Positions 49,379-58,438 of a stretch of 64,000 nt of DNA are shown here, in pieces; the first letter of the stretch is position 1; each line of letters begins with the position of its first letter. The notes beneath the pieces are model-generated. The model was given only the letters and a program-made list of their open reading frames with translations. It did not search any database and was not told where the DNA came from. Location: contig JBMYRF010000020.1 in the NCBI GenBank assembly GCA_049602075.1, positions 68,240 through 132,239 on the forward strand, written 5' to 3'. Source of the DNA: Rubripirellula sp. (GTDB lineage: Bacteria; Planctomycetota; Planctomycetia; Pirellulales; Pirellulaceae). A program made the translations under genes and the position numbers.

Positions 49379-49650
49379 CGGTCTTATCAAAAGCGAGGAA
49401 AAAAGAGGGGTTAACAGCGGCCAACATAGTGTTTGTGTCACGAATCTGTCAGACCCCGCGTTCCAATTGTCAGCAAATGATTTCAAGGATTCCTGGTCAG
49501 GGGGCCGGTGAGAATTACCGCTCGCCAGCGAATCACGGAGGCTTGCCGGAGCCGTGGTCATCCCGCTCGGCACCCCTTTTCTGGTACATTCACCACCTGA
49601 TGACGAAGTACGTTCACCGTCGCATGAGACGGGGTGAATACAGGACAAGC

Positions 49651-50670
49651 ATGGGATCTCCACAAGACTTGGACGCGAAAGAAATCCGCGAGGAGGCGGC
49701 TGCACTAGCAGCTCACTTACAGCGAATTGGGGTCCGCTGGTTGCCTGTCAATCGCTCCGAGGCCGTCGCTAAGTTAAAGCTTGAATTTGATCTTGGGTTG
49801 GAAACAGAAGTTCTCACCGCCCAGCATCCCGATACCCAATCGGTCGGCCGGTCATCGACCGGACCATCTGTCGCGACGAGGCAAACGGAAACAGTGGGAC
49901 AGACCGAGGCATCGGGTCAAGCCAGGTCAGTCGCCTCCACTGCACCACCAAGTTCAGTTGCCGCTGCGAGTTCACCCGCTGGGCCAAGTTCGACGGCAAA
50001 CCGTCCCGCTTCGAATCGTCCCGCCGGTCGACTTGACCCGGTTGCTGCGGTTGCCGTTTCCCGGGAACCCTATCCCGGGGAACCGTTGTCGCCACCGCAA
50101 CGGCAAGCGAAATTGGACGAATTGGGCTTGCAGGTTTCCGCGTGCGAACGTTGCGGGCAGCTTGCTTCCTGCCGTACAAGCACAGTTTTTGGGGAAGGGT
50201 CTGCCCAGCCCCGCTTTGTTTTCTTTGGGGAGGGGCCTGGTCAGGATGAGGACTTATCGGGACGTCCCTTCGTAGGTCGGGCAGGCGAATTGCTCACCAA
50301 AATGATCGAAGCCTGCACGTTGCGGCGTGAAGACACTTACATTCTCAATACCGTGAAATGTCGGCCGCCTGGAAATCGAAATCCCGAACCGGAGGAATTG
50401 GCCAACTGTCGGCCTTATTATCAAACTCAATTGCAGATTCTTCGCCCCGAATACATCGTCTGTTTGGGCGCCGTCAGTGCTCAAGAGTTGCTGCAAAGCC
50501 GCTTGTCGGTGGGGCGACTGAGGGGATCGATGCACCGTTATCATGACAGCAAAGTCCTGGTGACTTATCACCCTGCTTATCTGCTGCGGAATCCTGCGGC
50601 CAAGATGACGGCTTGGCATGATTTGCAGTTTCTGATGAAGGACGCGGGGATTGCTATCAAACGAAAGTAA
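49651..50670 (+). CDS. Uracil-DNA glycosylase family 4 with N-terminal extension
   Basis: CERC...C 4Fe-4S ligands, GEGPG, PFVGRAGELL, KCRPPGNRNP, TYHPAYLLR. ATG at 49651. Confidence 0.92.
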   Translation: MGSPQDLDAKEIREEAAALAAHLQRIGVRWLPVNRSEAVAKLKLEFDLGLETEVLTAQHPDTQSVGRSSTGPSVATRQTETVGQTEASGQARSVASTAPPSSVAAASSPAGPSSTANRPASNRPAGRLDPVAAVAVSREPYPGEPLSPPQRQAKLDELGLQVSACERCGQLASCRTSTVFGEGSAQPRFVFFGEGPGQDEDLSGRPFVGRAGELLTKMIEACTLRREDTYILNTVKCRPPGNRNPEPEELANCRPYYQTQLQILRPEYIVCLGAVSAQELLQSRLSVGRLRGSMHRYHDSKVLVTYHPAYLLRNPAAKMTAWHDLQFLMKDAGIAIKRK

Positions 50671-50992
50671 CGTCCGTTTTTAGCGGTGCAATCGCACGTG
50701 AAACCGCTTCTCGGTGCAGCAATTTACGTCTCATTTTCAGTCCACAACAGTTTGAGATCAGTCGTAGAGCATGTTGGGGCCAGGCTTCGTGGGCTCCCAT
50801 TCGGATCGACTGATTGTCAATCTTGGCCGCGAGCGTTGAGCCTCCGTTTTGAAGTTTCCTCTTGACCATTCGGTTCAGATAGGAACAATCATCAGGCGGT
50901 CAGGCATGGGATGCTAGATCGGCGGTGGTGGAACCACCGTGAAACATGGATGCCTGAGGCATCCGTCCAGAGTGATGAGCAAGGAGGCTATC

Positions 50993-52552
50993 ATGCGTCA
51001 TGGATTTGATTGTTCGCAATCTTTTAAGTCGCAATCTTTTAAGTCGCAATCGATTGGGTCGCTGTCCACTTTTCCGACGGCTCATCACGACCCACTGCCT
51101 GCCGCGTCTGTGTCCGGCGATCAAGGTATTTCTTTAAGCGAGTTGTTTCCCGCCGCTGAGTTTTCTGGCGATTCCGATATTCTTGTCAGCGAGATTGCCG
51201 AGTCAGCCGCATTTGCTTCGGTGGGTGATCTGGTGGTCTATCGAATCGGTGAAGATTGCCCGAGCCGGTTGGTTGCCGACGCGATGGCAAGAGGTGCTGC
51301 GGGTATTTTGACCGAACAATTGTTGCCTTGCCCGTTGCCGCAATGTGTTGTTGGCGACGTCGAATTGGCGTTGGCTGAGATTCGTTCCCGACAGCTTGGC
51401 CACCCCGATCGTAAGCTGCTGACGGTTGGTGTGATGGGGGCTGCCGGAAAAACCAGTACCACGCTGTTGATCGCGTCTTTGCTGAGAGCCTCGGGGATTC
51501 GTACTTCGTACGTTTGTGATCTTGGGGACAGTGACGGCGTCGTGCAAACGACCGACGATGATGCGTTGGCGACCGGAGTTCGATTGGTCGAACATCTATC
51601 GGAGTCTGTCGATGCGGGAAGCCATGCAGCAATCGTTGAAGTCAGCGAGGAAAAAGCACGGCACGGTCATTACGACTCGATCCAATTCGACATTTTGATT
51701 GTCACCGGTTCGGCCTCGCGAAGTGGTGATTTTGGTCCGCTTGGGCTGCAGTGTTTACTTGAGCGAGTGACAGCCGATGGTGTTGTGATTGCACCAAGCG
51801 ACGACAAACGCGGATGTCAAATCATTCACGAGCACGAATGTCACGTACTGACGTACGGCGTTGGCACGCTTGGTGATGTCGCAGTCAATGTGATTGAACA
51901 TTCGGGCGGTATGAGCACCTTGTTGTTGACACACCAAGACACAACCGCGGTCATGGAAACTGCACTTTGCGGTGATGCGATGGCTGCCAATCACGCAGCA
52001 GCAGCAACGGTCGGCCTGCTGATTGCGTTACCGATTGAATCGATCGCTGAGCGATTGGGTTCGTTGCGAGAAATTCCGGGGCGAGGTCAGCGTTTGAGCG
52101 AGTATGACCGGGCTACCGTGGTCGTGGATGCAGGTGGTTCACCCGATCGTGTTTTATCCAGTTTGCAAACTTGCCGTTCGATGAAAGCAAATGGGCGTTT
52201 GTGGTGTGTGCTGGCGATTGACCAAGCGACCTCGGCCGAATCTTTGGCACGCTACGGATCGATTATGGAGCGGTTTGCCGATCACGCGGTTGTGACCTCG
52301 CGAAAAGAAGCACAGTCGGCATTCTTGAATGATTCGCATTCCTTGCTTGATGGAGTCACCAAGTGTGCTGCGTTTCGATTAGTGGTCAACCAAAAACGAG
52401 CCGTTGAGTGGGCAGTGGGGCAGGCATCACCAGCGGACACGGTATTGGTGATCACCAGCCAAACCGGCCAATCGGCTCGTCAGCAAAGGTCTGAAATCGA
52501 ACGTTTGAAGCGTTGGCTTAACCCGCCCTGCTTAAAAGTGTTCAACGGCTAA
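50993..52552 (+). CDS. MurE-like Mur ligase family protein with degenerate catalytic motifs
   Basis: MurE three-domain layout, P-loop GAAGKTST, EVSE, IPGRGQ. Strong AAGGAGG RBS before ATG 50993. Confidence 0.8.
   Translation: MRHGFDCSQSFKSQSFKSQSIGSLSTFPTAHHDPLPAASVSGDQGISLSELFPAAEFSGDSDILVSEIAESAAFASVGDLVVYRIGEDCPSRLVADAMARGAAGILTEQLLPCPLPQCVVGDVELALAEIRSRQLGHPDRKLLTVGVMGAAGKTSTTLLIASLLRASGIRTSYVCDLGDSDGVVQTTDDDALATGVRLVEHLSESVDAGSHAAIVEVSEEKARHGHYDSIQFDILIVTGSASRSGDFGPLGLQCLLERVTADGVVIAPSDDKRGCQIIHEHECHVLTYGVGTLGDVAVNVIEHSGGMSTLLLTHQDTTAVMETALCGDAMAANHAAAATVGLLIALPIESIAERLGSLREIPGRGQRLSEYDRATVVVDAGGSPDRVLSSLQTCRSMKANGRLWCVLAIDQATSAESLARYGSIMERFADHAVVTSRKEAQSAFLNDSHSLLDGVTKCAAFRLVVNQKRAVEWAVGQASPADTVLVITSQTGQSARQQRSEIERLKRWLNPPCLKVFNG
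51014..51051 (+). repeat. In-frame 15-bp tandem repeat x2.5 (SQSFK)
   Basis: TCGCAATCTTTTAAG x2 plus TCGCAATC at the 5' end of the murE-like gene. Confidence 0.85.
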
Positions 52553-52614
52553 TGACTTGCAGTCGCATTCGGCGATTTTGCGGTCGAATGACCGGGCGGT
52601 GGTCGAACGATCCC

Positions 52615-52655
52615 CAGTTCGTGCCATTCCAAACGCAGTTCGTGCCATTCCAAAC
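52615..52655. repeat. 21-bp tandem duplication
   Basis: CAGTTCGTGCCATTCCAAAC(G) twice between convergent genes. Confidence 0.85.
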
Positions 52656-52709
52656 AAGCCGTGTCCGGCCAACCGAGTCAGTCTTCGTCCAAACGGAGGC
52701 AATGCCAAT

Positions 52710-53225
52710 TCAACAGAGGCAATGGACCATGAGTCGTTGCCATTCCACCCACTGGGCCCGCCGGCATTCCTCGCGGCGACTCGACGACTTGCGTACCGCT
52801 TGGCTGCATTGGTCAACGAAGTTGAATGGATCGTCGTAATCTTGATTGGTGAGTTCGGGCAGATCTTCGAAAACGGGATGCGGCCCGACTCGGCGGAACC
52901 AATATTTCGCATTGCCAAAATCGCCTTCGCGGCGGTGCATGATGCCATGCCAAAAACTACCTTCTGGCGACTCGATACTTTGGCTGATCGAGTGGCTTTG
53001 GTCGAGTTCACCGACCAGCAACCACATTCCGCTCAGGCATAAAGCTTGCCGCCCCCGTGATAGCGTGCCGAAGTCACTCGGTTGGAGGTCGATGATTCGC
53101 TGAGCCAAGGCGGGGTCACCTGGGCCGTCGTCCAGATCGGGCAATGGAGCCTGTTGAATCAGTTGCAACAAGGCTTCAGGAAGCGAATCGAGCTTTTCTG
53201 CAGCAAATGGATCCAACTGGGGCAC
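52710..53225 (-). CDS. Conserved hypothetical helical protein
   Basis: 171 aa with DQSHSISQ...SFWHGIMHRREGDFGNAKYWFRRVGPHP motif. GTG start. Confidence 0.8.
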   Translation of the reverse strand: MPQLDPFAAEKLDSLPEALLQLIQQAPLPDLDDGPGDPALAQRIIDLQPSDFGTLSRGRQALCLSGMWLLVGELDQSHSISQSIESPEGSFWHGIMHRREGDFGNAKYWFRRVGPHPVFEDLPELTNQDYDDPFNFVDQCSQAVRKSSSRREECRRAQWVEWQRLMVHCLC

Positions 53226-53360
53226 GGTAGGCTCCTACATTTTGGTGTGGAATCGGGACCGCTGCGAAGCCTACCGATCAGAGCCCACGATTGCTAGACT
53301 GTAGCCCTTCATCGGGCAGTCCCTTGCCCTCCGCAACCCCCCTTTTCGCAGTCGATTTTG

Positions 53361-55091
53361 ATGAGCACCGGCGAGACCCCCGATAGCCAGACCCCGGACA
53401 GCCCAACCCCGGAAAGCCAGGCCCCGGAAAGCCAGGCCCCGGAAAGCCAGGCCCCGGACAACCGAGCCGCGGCCGCTCCGGATACGCCAGTTGCTGCCGA
53501 TACGCCAGTTGCTGCCGATAATCCAGTTGCTTCGGGCAGTGAGGTGGCGAGCCCGCCGGCAGCAAATGCCGAAACAAAAGCACCTATCGAAACTGGAACG
53601 GCTGCCAAGGCGTCCGGTCCATTGGGCAAGCTTGTGCGCGGAAGCGGGCCTTTGGCGGCGCGGGGACTGGGGGTCACCAAACCGGCATCGCCAACGGTCG
53701 ACACAGCGGCGCTGAGCAAGCCCGGCAAGCCGAAAACGAAAAAGAATAAACCGCCTCGCGGCCAAGCAGCCGACTCGGCAGACGACCAGAAAGCCAAGCC
53801 AAAGGTGGTTGCCCCGAGCAAGCGGTTGCCTGCCAAAGTCGCAATCCCAAGCACGCGACAAGCGTTGTCGGATGATTTGCAAGCCGAGCTCGACGCTGAG
53901 TTGGCTATGACTGACCTCGACGCCATGCTGTCAGGTGCGGCTGGCATGGCTGAACGTGCGGAGCCTCTCGAAGAGGGAGCTCGTGTGCATGCTCAGGTCC
54001 TGAAAATTCACGAGGACAGCGTATTTGTTTCCTTGGGTGGACCCGATGAAGGGGTCGTCCCATTTGTGCACTTCAAAGAAGAGCCAGCGATCGGATCGTC
54101 CGTGGAGGTGATCATCCGCGGCATCAGCGGCGAGGACGGCCTGTATGCGTTGGGGCTACCGGGTGAAGCAGTCGATGCCAGTGACTGGGAGGATATGGAA
54201 GAGGGTGCTGTGGTTGAGGCGACTGTCACCGGCAGCAACTCCGGTGGGCTGGAGTGCAAGGTTGGAGGCATGAAGGGCTTTATCCCGATCAGCCAAATCA
54301 GTGAATATCGCGTCGAAGATACAGGTGAATTTGATGGGCAAAAATTTCTTTGCGTGGTGACCGAGGCGAATCAACGACGCGGCAACTTGGTTCTCAGTCG
54401 CAGGGCTGTGGCGGAGCGGGAACGCGAAGAGAAGCGTAAAGAGCAATTGGAAAAGATGGAGGTCGGCGACCTCATGGATGGCATCGTTCGGAGCATCAAG
54501 GACTTTGGTGCGTTTGTTGATCTGGGAGGTTTGGACGGACTGATTCACATCAGCAAGTTGAGCTGGGATCGAGTCAAGCATCCGAGCGAAGTTCTCGAAG
54601 AGGGCCAACAGGTAAAAGTCAAAGTGGACCGGGTCGACAAAGAGACCGGCAAAATTTCACTTTCCTATCGCGATCTACTCGATAATCCGTGGGATACGGC
54701 AGAGCAAGATTTTGGTGTCGGTAGTACGCACCGCGGCACCGTTACCCGAACCGCAAATTTCGGTTGCTTCGTCAAGCTTGCACCGGGCGTTGAGGGGCTC
54801 GTTCATATCAGCGAACTCGCTCACCATCGTGTTTCCCGAGTCGATACATTTGTCACTGAGGGCGAGGAAGTTGAGGTCAAGGTTTTGTCCTTCGACCGAG
54901 ACTCACAAAAGGTTGGGTTGTCGATCAAAGCTGTCCAGCAGCCACCGGTTGATCCAGCGGCGAAATCGGCCGAGGAGATCGAGGCTGACGAACCACCTCG
55001 CGAACCCGCCATCAAATCGACGCACACCGGACCTTTGAAAGGTGGCAACAATCGAGACACCGGTGGCGAACGATTTGGGCTGAGATGGTAA
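53361..55091 (+). CDS. S1 RNA-binding protein, four-domain ribosomal protein S1 paralog with long disordered N-terminus
   Basis: Four S1 repeats (e.g. DFGAFVDLGGLDGLIHISKLSW, NFGCFVKLAPGVEGLVHISEL) preceded by about 200 aa of low-complexity sequence. Confidence 0.9.
   Translation: MSTGETPDSQTPDSPTPESQAPESQAPESQAPDNRAAAAPDTPVAADTPVAADNPVASGSEVASPPAANAETKAPIETGTAAKASGPLGKLVRGSGPLAARGLGVTKPASPTVDTAALSKPGKPKTKKNKPPRGQAADSADDQKAKPKVVAPSKRLPAKVAIPSTRQALSDDLQAELDAELAMTDLDAMLSGAAGMAERAEPLEEGARVHAQVLKIHEDSVFVSLGGPDEGVVPFVHFKEEPAIGSSVEVIIRGISGEDGLYALGLPGEAVDASDWEDMEEGAVVEATVTGSNSGGLECKVGGMKGFIPISQISEYRVEDTGEFDGQKFLCVVTEANQRRGNLVLSRRAVAEREREEKRKEQLEKMEVGDLMDGIVRSIKDFGAFVDLGGLDGLIHISKLSWDRVKHPSEVLEEGQQVKVKVDRVDKETGKISLSYRDLLDNPWDTAEQDFGVGSTHRGTVTRTANFGCFVKLAPGVEGLVHISELAHHRVSRVDTFVTEGEEVEVKVLSFDRDSQKVGLSIKAVQQPPVDPAAKSAEEIEADEPPREPAIKSTHTGPLKGGNNRDTGGERFGLRW
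53377..53533 (+). repeat. In-frame 15-bp x6 (PESQA-like) and 18-bp x3 (DTPVAA-like) tandem repeats
   Basis: CCCCGGAAAGCCAGG units at 53377-53466; (G/C)GATACGCCAGTTGCTGC units at 53480-53533. Confidence 0.9.
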
Positions 55092-55304
55092 TCAGCCGGG
55101 CCGTTACGTTCCCTTGGGAAGATTCGGCCACAAGGATTCGATCGTAAAGTCAGGACGAAACGGTTGAATGAAGGGTCATCCGACAGCCGTTTCGTCGATC
55201 TTCTAATTCGCTCAGACGGGCTCACTGCCAACGCAGAGCTTGAGCTCAATTGACGCCAGCAATCCTGATACGTCGCCAGCGACGTATTGTGCAGCGATGC
55301 TGGA

Positions 55305-56981
55305 TTAGTTCTGCACGTTCCACCACCAGCGTTGCTGAAGCACCGGTTGCTTCACCGACGGTTTGGTAAGACTGGAAAGTGTCGGATAGTCGTTTACTCG
55401 AACCAGTGTTTGAGCAGGATCGACAGCGACCCCACCGCTAGCCATGAGCACGTTGTAAATCTTGCGTTGGTGGCGGACGGTATGAAGCTTGGCAATCGAC
55501 ATGACCTGCCGAGGTGTTGGCATGATGTAGGACGAATGAGTCGGCGAGGCGGCAAGTGATTGGAGCAGAGCTCGTTGTTCCTCATCGCCAGCGAATCGGT
55601 GCAGCAGTTGGGAGACTGACGCAGCCCGGTAGACCGATTCTAGCGAGGCGTAGATTGGATATTTCGCCCGAATCGCGTGCCAGTTTTCGTTGAAGTTCGC
55701 GACAAAGGTTTCGCTTCTTGGGTCACGTGTGACGTTACCGCGTTGGCCACTGGCCAACGCCCTTTCATTTTGACCGCTGAGACGAATCGGCTGACCGGCC
55801 AATTCGAATACGGTTCGGTCTTGGTCTGCACGCACCGCCCGCGGCGCTGAGGTAAACCAGAGTCTTAACAGTAATTCGCTCGGGGGGCCCATCGCGATCG
55901 TGTCATCGATGACGTCCATGTAGCTTTTCGCTCCCCGCGGCATCGGTTCAATCCCGAGTGCCAGTTGCTTCATGTGTCGGTCTGCTTCGACCATCAAATA
56001 ACCGATCGCCGTGTCACCCGCCGTACCAAACACTTCCACACGTTGCATGCCCAAGCCTTCGATCAATCGATCTGCGGCCTTTCCAATGGGGATTTGATCG
56101 GATTGAACGCCTTGAGCGACTTTGGCGGCTCGCTGCAGACCTTCGGTAGTAGGGTCGATGGTGCAGCCGAACGGCTGCCGCTGCATCGCCGCAGCGAGTG
56201 TGGTGACGAAAAAATCGAGGCGTAACGGATTCAATCCACTCTCGCGATCACGAAACCAACCGTCGCGAGATTCAATGCCACCTACTGAGCCGGCCAGGAT
56301 GATGTCGTTCCCTTCACGAAAGATGTATTGCACGCGGGACAGTCCGCCCAGGTGCGTCATCGCTTCTGAGAGGGGGACGCCTTGGACACGGCAACGCGTC
56401 CACTCATTCATCAATCGCTTCAGCGAGATGCACCGCATCGTTGAGGGATCACGCCACGCGGCTGCAGTTGGTTCAGCGGCGATCTCCTTCCGCAGCAGCG
56501 ACTTCAGGTCGGCGACGGCATCGCTTGAGGCAATTGTTTCGCACTCCCGGACGGTTCCCGCCGCGTCCACGTAGACACCTTGTGGGTAAGGAGCCATGGT
56601 GCTGGGGCCTCCTAAGGCTTCCCAGGTATCAGGGACCACGGTCGTCTGAATCAGGTCCATCAGCGATTGGAAATCTGCGAATGAGCCACCGCCGTTGCCA
56701 CCGACATCGTCGATGGCGCCGCCACGATAAGTTGAATCTTGGATGCTGTCGATGGTATTGCCGGCCGCCGTGACTTCACCACTGCTACCTTGAGCGGTGG
56801 CGATTTGTGCCAGCACGGCATCCCGATCGGTAACGGGTAAGTGCTGCACATTCTGGGCGGCTAAGCTGAATTCGCCGCCGGCTAAATGGGAATCGATATC
56901 TTGTCCAACGGCCAACGGTGTTCCAGGGGTGCACAAGCAAAGGGTGCATCCAAGCAGCAAGGCTCGTAAGTTGATTTGCAT
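55305..56981 (-). CDS. DUF1598 domain-containing secreted protein
   Basis: Signal peptide. LRLDFFVTTLAA, GCTIDPT, MVEADRHMKQLALG, RLWF, YASLESVYRAA, SGGV. Paralogous to 58439-59812. Confidence 0.8.
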   Translation of the reverse strand: MQINLRALLLGCTLCLCTPGTPLAVGQDIDSHLAGGEFSLAAQNVQHLPVTDRDAVLAQIATAQGSSGEVTAAGNTIDSIQDSTYRGGAIDDVGGNGGGSFADFQSLMDLIQTTVVPDTWEALGGPSTMAPYPQGVYVDAAGTVRECETIASSDAVADLKSLLRKEIAAEPTAAAWRDPSTMRCISLKRLMNEWTRCRVQGVPLSEAMTHLGGLSRVQYIFREGNDIILAGSVGGIESRDGWFRDRESGLNPLRLDFFVTTLAAAMQRQPFGCTIDPTTEGLQRAAKVAQGVQSDQIPIGKAADRLIEGLGMQRVEVFGTAGDTAIGYLMVEADRHMKQLALGIEPMPRGAKSYMDVIDDTIAMGPPSELLLRLWFTSAPRAVRADQDRTVFELAGQPIRLSGQNERALASGQRGNVTRDPRSETFVANFNENWHAIRAKYPIYASLESVYRAASVSQLLHRFAGDEEQRALLQSLAASPTHSSYIMPTPRQVMSIAKLHTVRHQRKIYNVLMASGGVAVDPAQTLVRVNDYPTLSSLTKPSVKQPVLQQRWWWNVQN

Positions 56982-57340
56982 GGAAGGTGTCCTGTTAGTT
57001 GGCGTTTACCATCGATCCGTCCAACAGCTTTTCGAGGTGGCAATTTCTCCGCATTTCGACGCCACTTTTTCTGCTAGGGGGAAAAAGAGCCGCTGGAGTG
57101 GAGGCGTGGAAGATCCGCATGAGACCGGATCAACCGCCATCCCCCGTTGGAATGCCATCTGAAAAGCTATTTCATGAGTATCGTCCTGCACCACCGCTAA
57201 TGCAAACCGTGTTCCGGCGAGAAGATTCAGCGGTTCGGAGTGGTTTTGGGGATTTGTTCATAGGATTGCGCCATTTTGCGACATTCCGGTGGTTCAAAAA
57301 TGCTACATCCGAGTCTGCTGTACAAGCCCTCCAGATCGCA

Positions 57341-57383
57341 GCCAGTGGTTGGCTATCGCGGCCAGTGGTTGGCTATCGCAGCC
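57341..57383. repeat. 20-bp tandem duplication
   Basis: GCCAGTGGTTGGCTATCGC(G/A) twice, intergenic. Confidence 0.85.
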
Positions 57384-57607
57384 GATGGCAGGCAGATTCG
57401 TGCGAAGGATGACGGAGAGGCCGAAGTAATTGCTCACCTATCACCGACCTGATCTCTGCCGAGCATTTCGGTTTTTTGGCGTCGCCGTGTATCGCCGTCG
57501 CTCTGTGTTTTGGCCCACTCTGTGGAATTCTAGCCCTCGCCTCTCGGGAGCTAGGCCAATCGTCAGCTGGGCCAATTAATCGAATCGATTGTTAAGCGGG
57601 CGGTTTG

Positions 57608-58330
57608 TTAAGCGGGCCCGAGCGGAGCGTCGTCGTAATCAATCCATTGACCCTTTTCGAGCCGTTGCTGTGGGGCGAACCGTGCCTTGTAATTCAGGTG
57701 CGAATTGGCAGCCACGTACATCCCAAGGTAGGTCCACTGCCGCCCTGTCTGGCGGCCCCACTGAATTTGTTCCAGGACCGCGAGGGTGCCCAGACTGTAC
57801 CGCCCCTCCGCCGGGTCGAAGTAGGTGTAGACGGCGGAGGTGCTGGTTTGGCCGACGTCAAAGATAGAGACGGCGATCAGATTGTCTCCGCGGTAAATCG
57901 CCAATTCTGCGGACAGGCAGCATGAATTGACCAGGAAGGAACGATAGGCTTCCACGTCGACCGGTGCATCACTCTGCGCTAAGTCGCGATCGCGTCGATG
58001 CTGGTTGAATAGGTCGACTCGACGTTGATTGAATTGAGGTTGTCCCAGCTCAATCCGTAGATCGCGGCGGCCTCGTTGGATTACACGCCTCAAAGAGCGG
58101 GTGCAACGAAATCGATTGATGTCGACCCGGGTCGGCTTGCACTGATCGCAGGTGGGGCACTGGGTGCGGTAAAGAAACTCGCCGCTGCGGCGATAGCCCA
58201 TTTCTAGGATTTGATCGGTCGTCTCTGGCAAGACCTCGCCGGCGGGCAACTGCAGCGGCATCCGCGCGGTTGTCTTTTCGAGGTAAGGGCAAACCTGGTG
58301 CTGATCCTGCACAACAATCAAAGGTACCAA
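57608..58330 (-). CDS. Arginyl-tRNA-protein transferase family (bacterial Ate/Bpt aminoacyl-tRNA-protein transferase)
   Basis: CPYL, GYRRSGEFLYRTQCPTCDQC, SAVYTYFDP, YSLGT, YLGMYV...HLNYKARFAPQQ. TTG start. Confidence 0.9.
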   Translation of the reverse strand: MVPLIVVQDQHQVCPYLEKTTARMPLQLPAGEVLPETTDQILEMGYRRSGEFLYRTQCPTCDQCKPTRVDINRFRCTRSLRRVIQRGRRDLRIELGQPQFNQRRVDLFNQHRRDRDLAQSDAPVDVEAYRSFLVNSCCLSAELAIYRGDNLIAVSIFDVGQTSTSAVYTYFDPAEGRYSLGTLAVLEQIQWGRQTGRQWTYLGMYVAANSHLNYKARFAPQQRLEKGQWIDYDDAPLGPA

Positions 58331-58438
58331 GAAAAAAACCCTGAAATCGTGGATGAGCCAAGCTCACGCATGATAACAGGGTTTGGAGGATCGTTCGCAG
58401 GTCGATGACATTTCATCAGGACCAGCTCGGCGTGATGA

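Noticed and set aside
49357-49705. Apparent overlap between der and the UDG gene in the ORF track
   Set aside because: It results from upstream extension to the first possible start. Homology-consistent starts (49378 and 49651) leave a normal divergent intergenic region.
58328-58371. Possible frameshift or phase variation at the T7 tract joining ATG 58371 to the ate/bpt frame
   Set aside because: The heptamer is not in canonical X XXY YYZ phase, the added peptide has no support, and the TTG start already includes the conserved CPYL motif.
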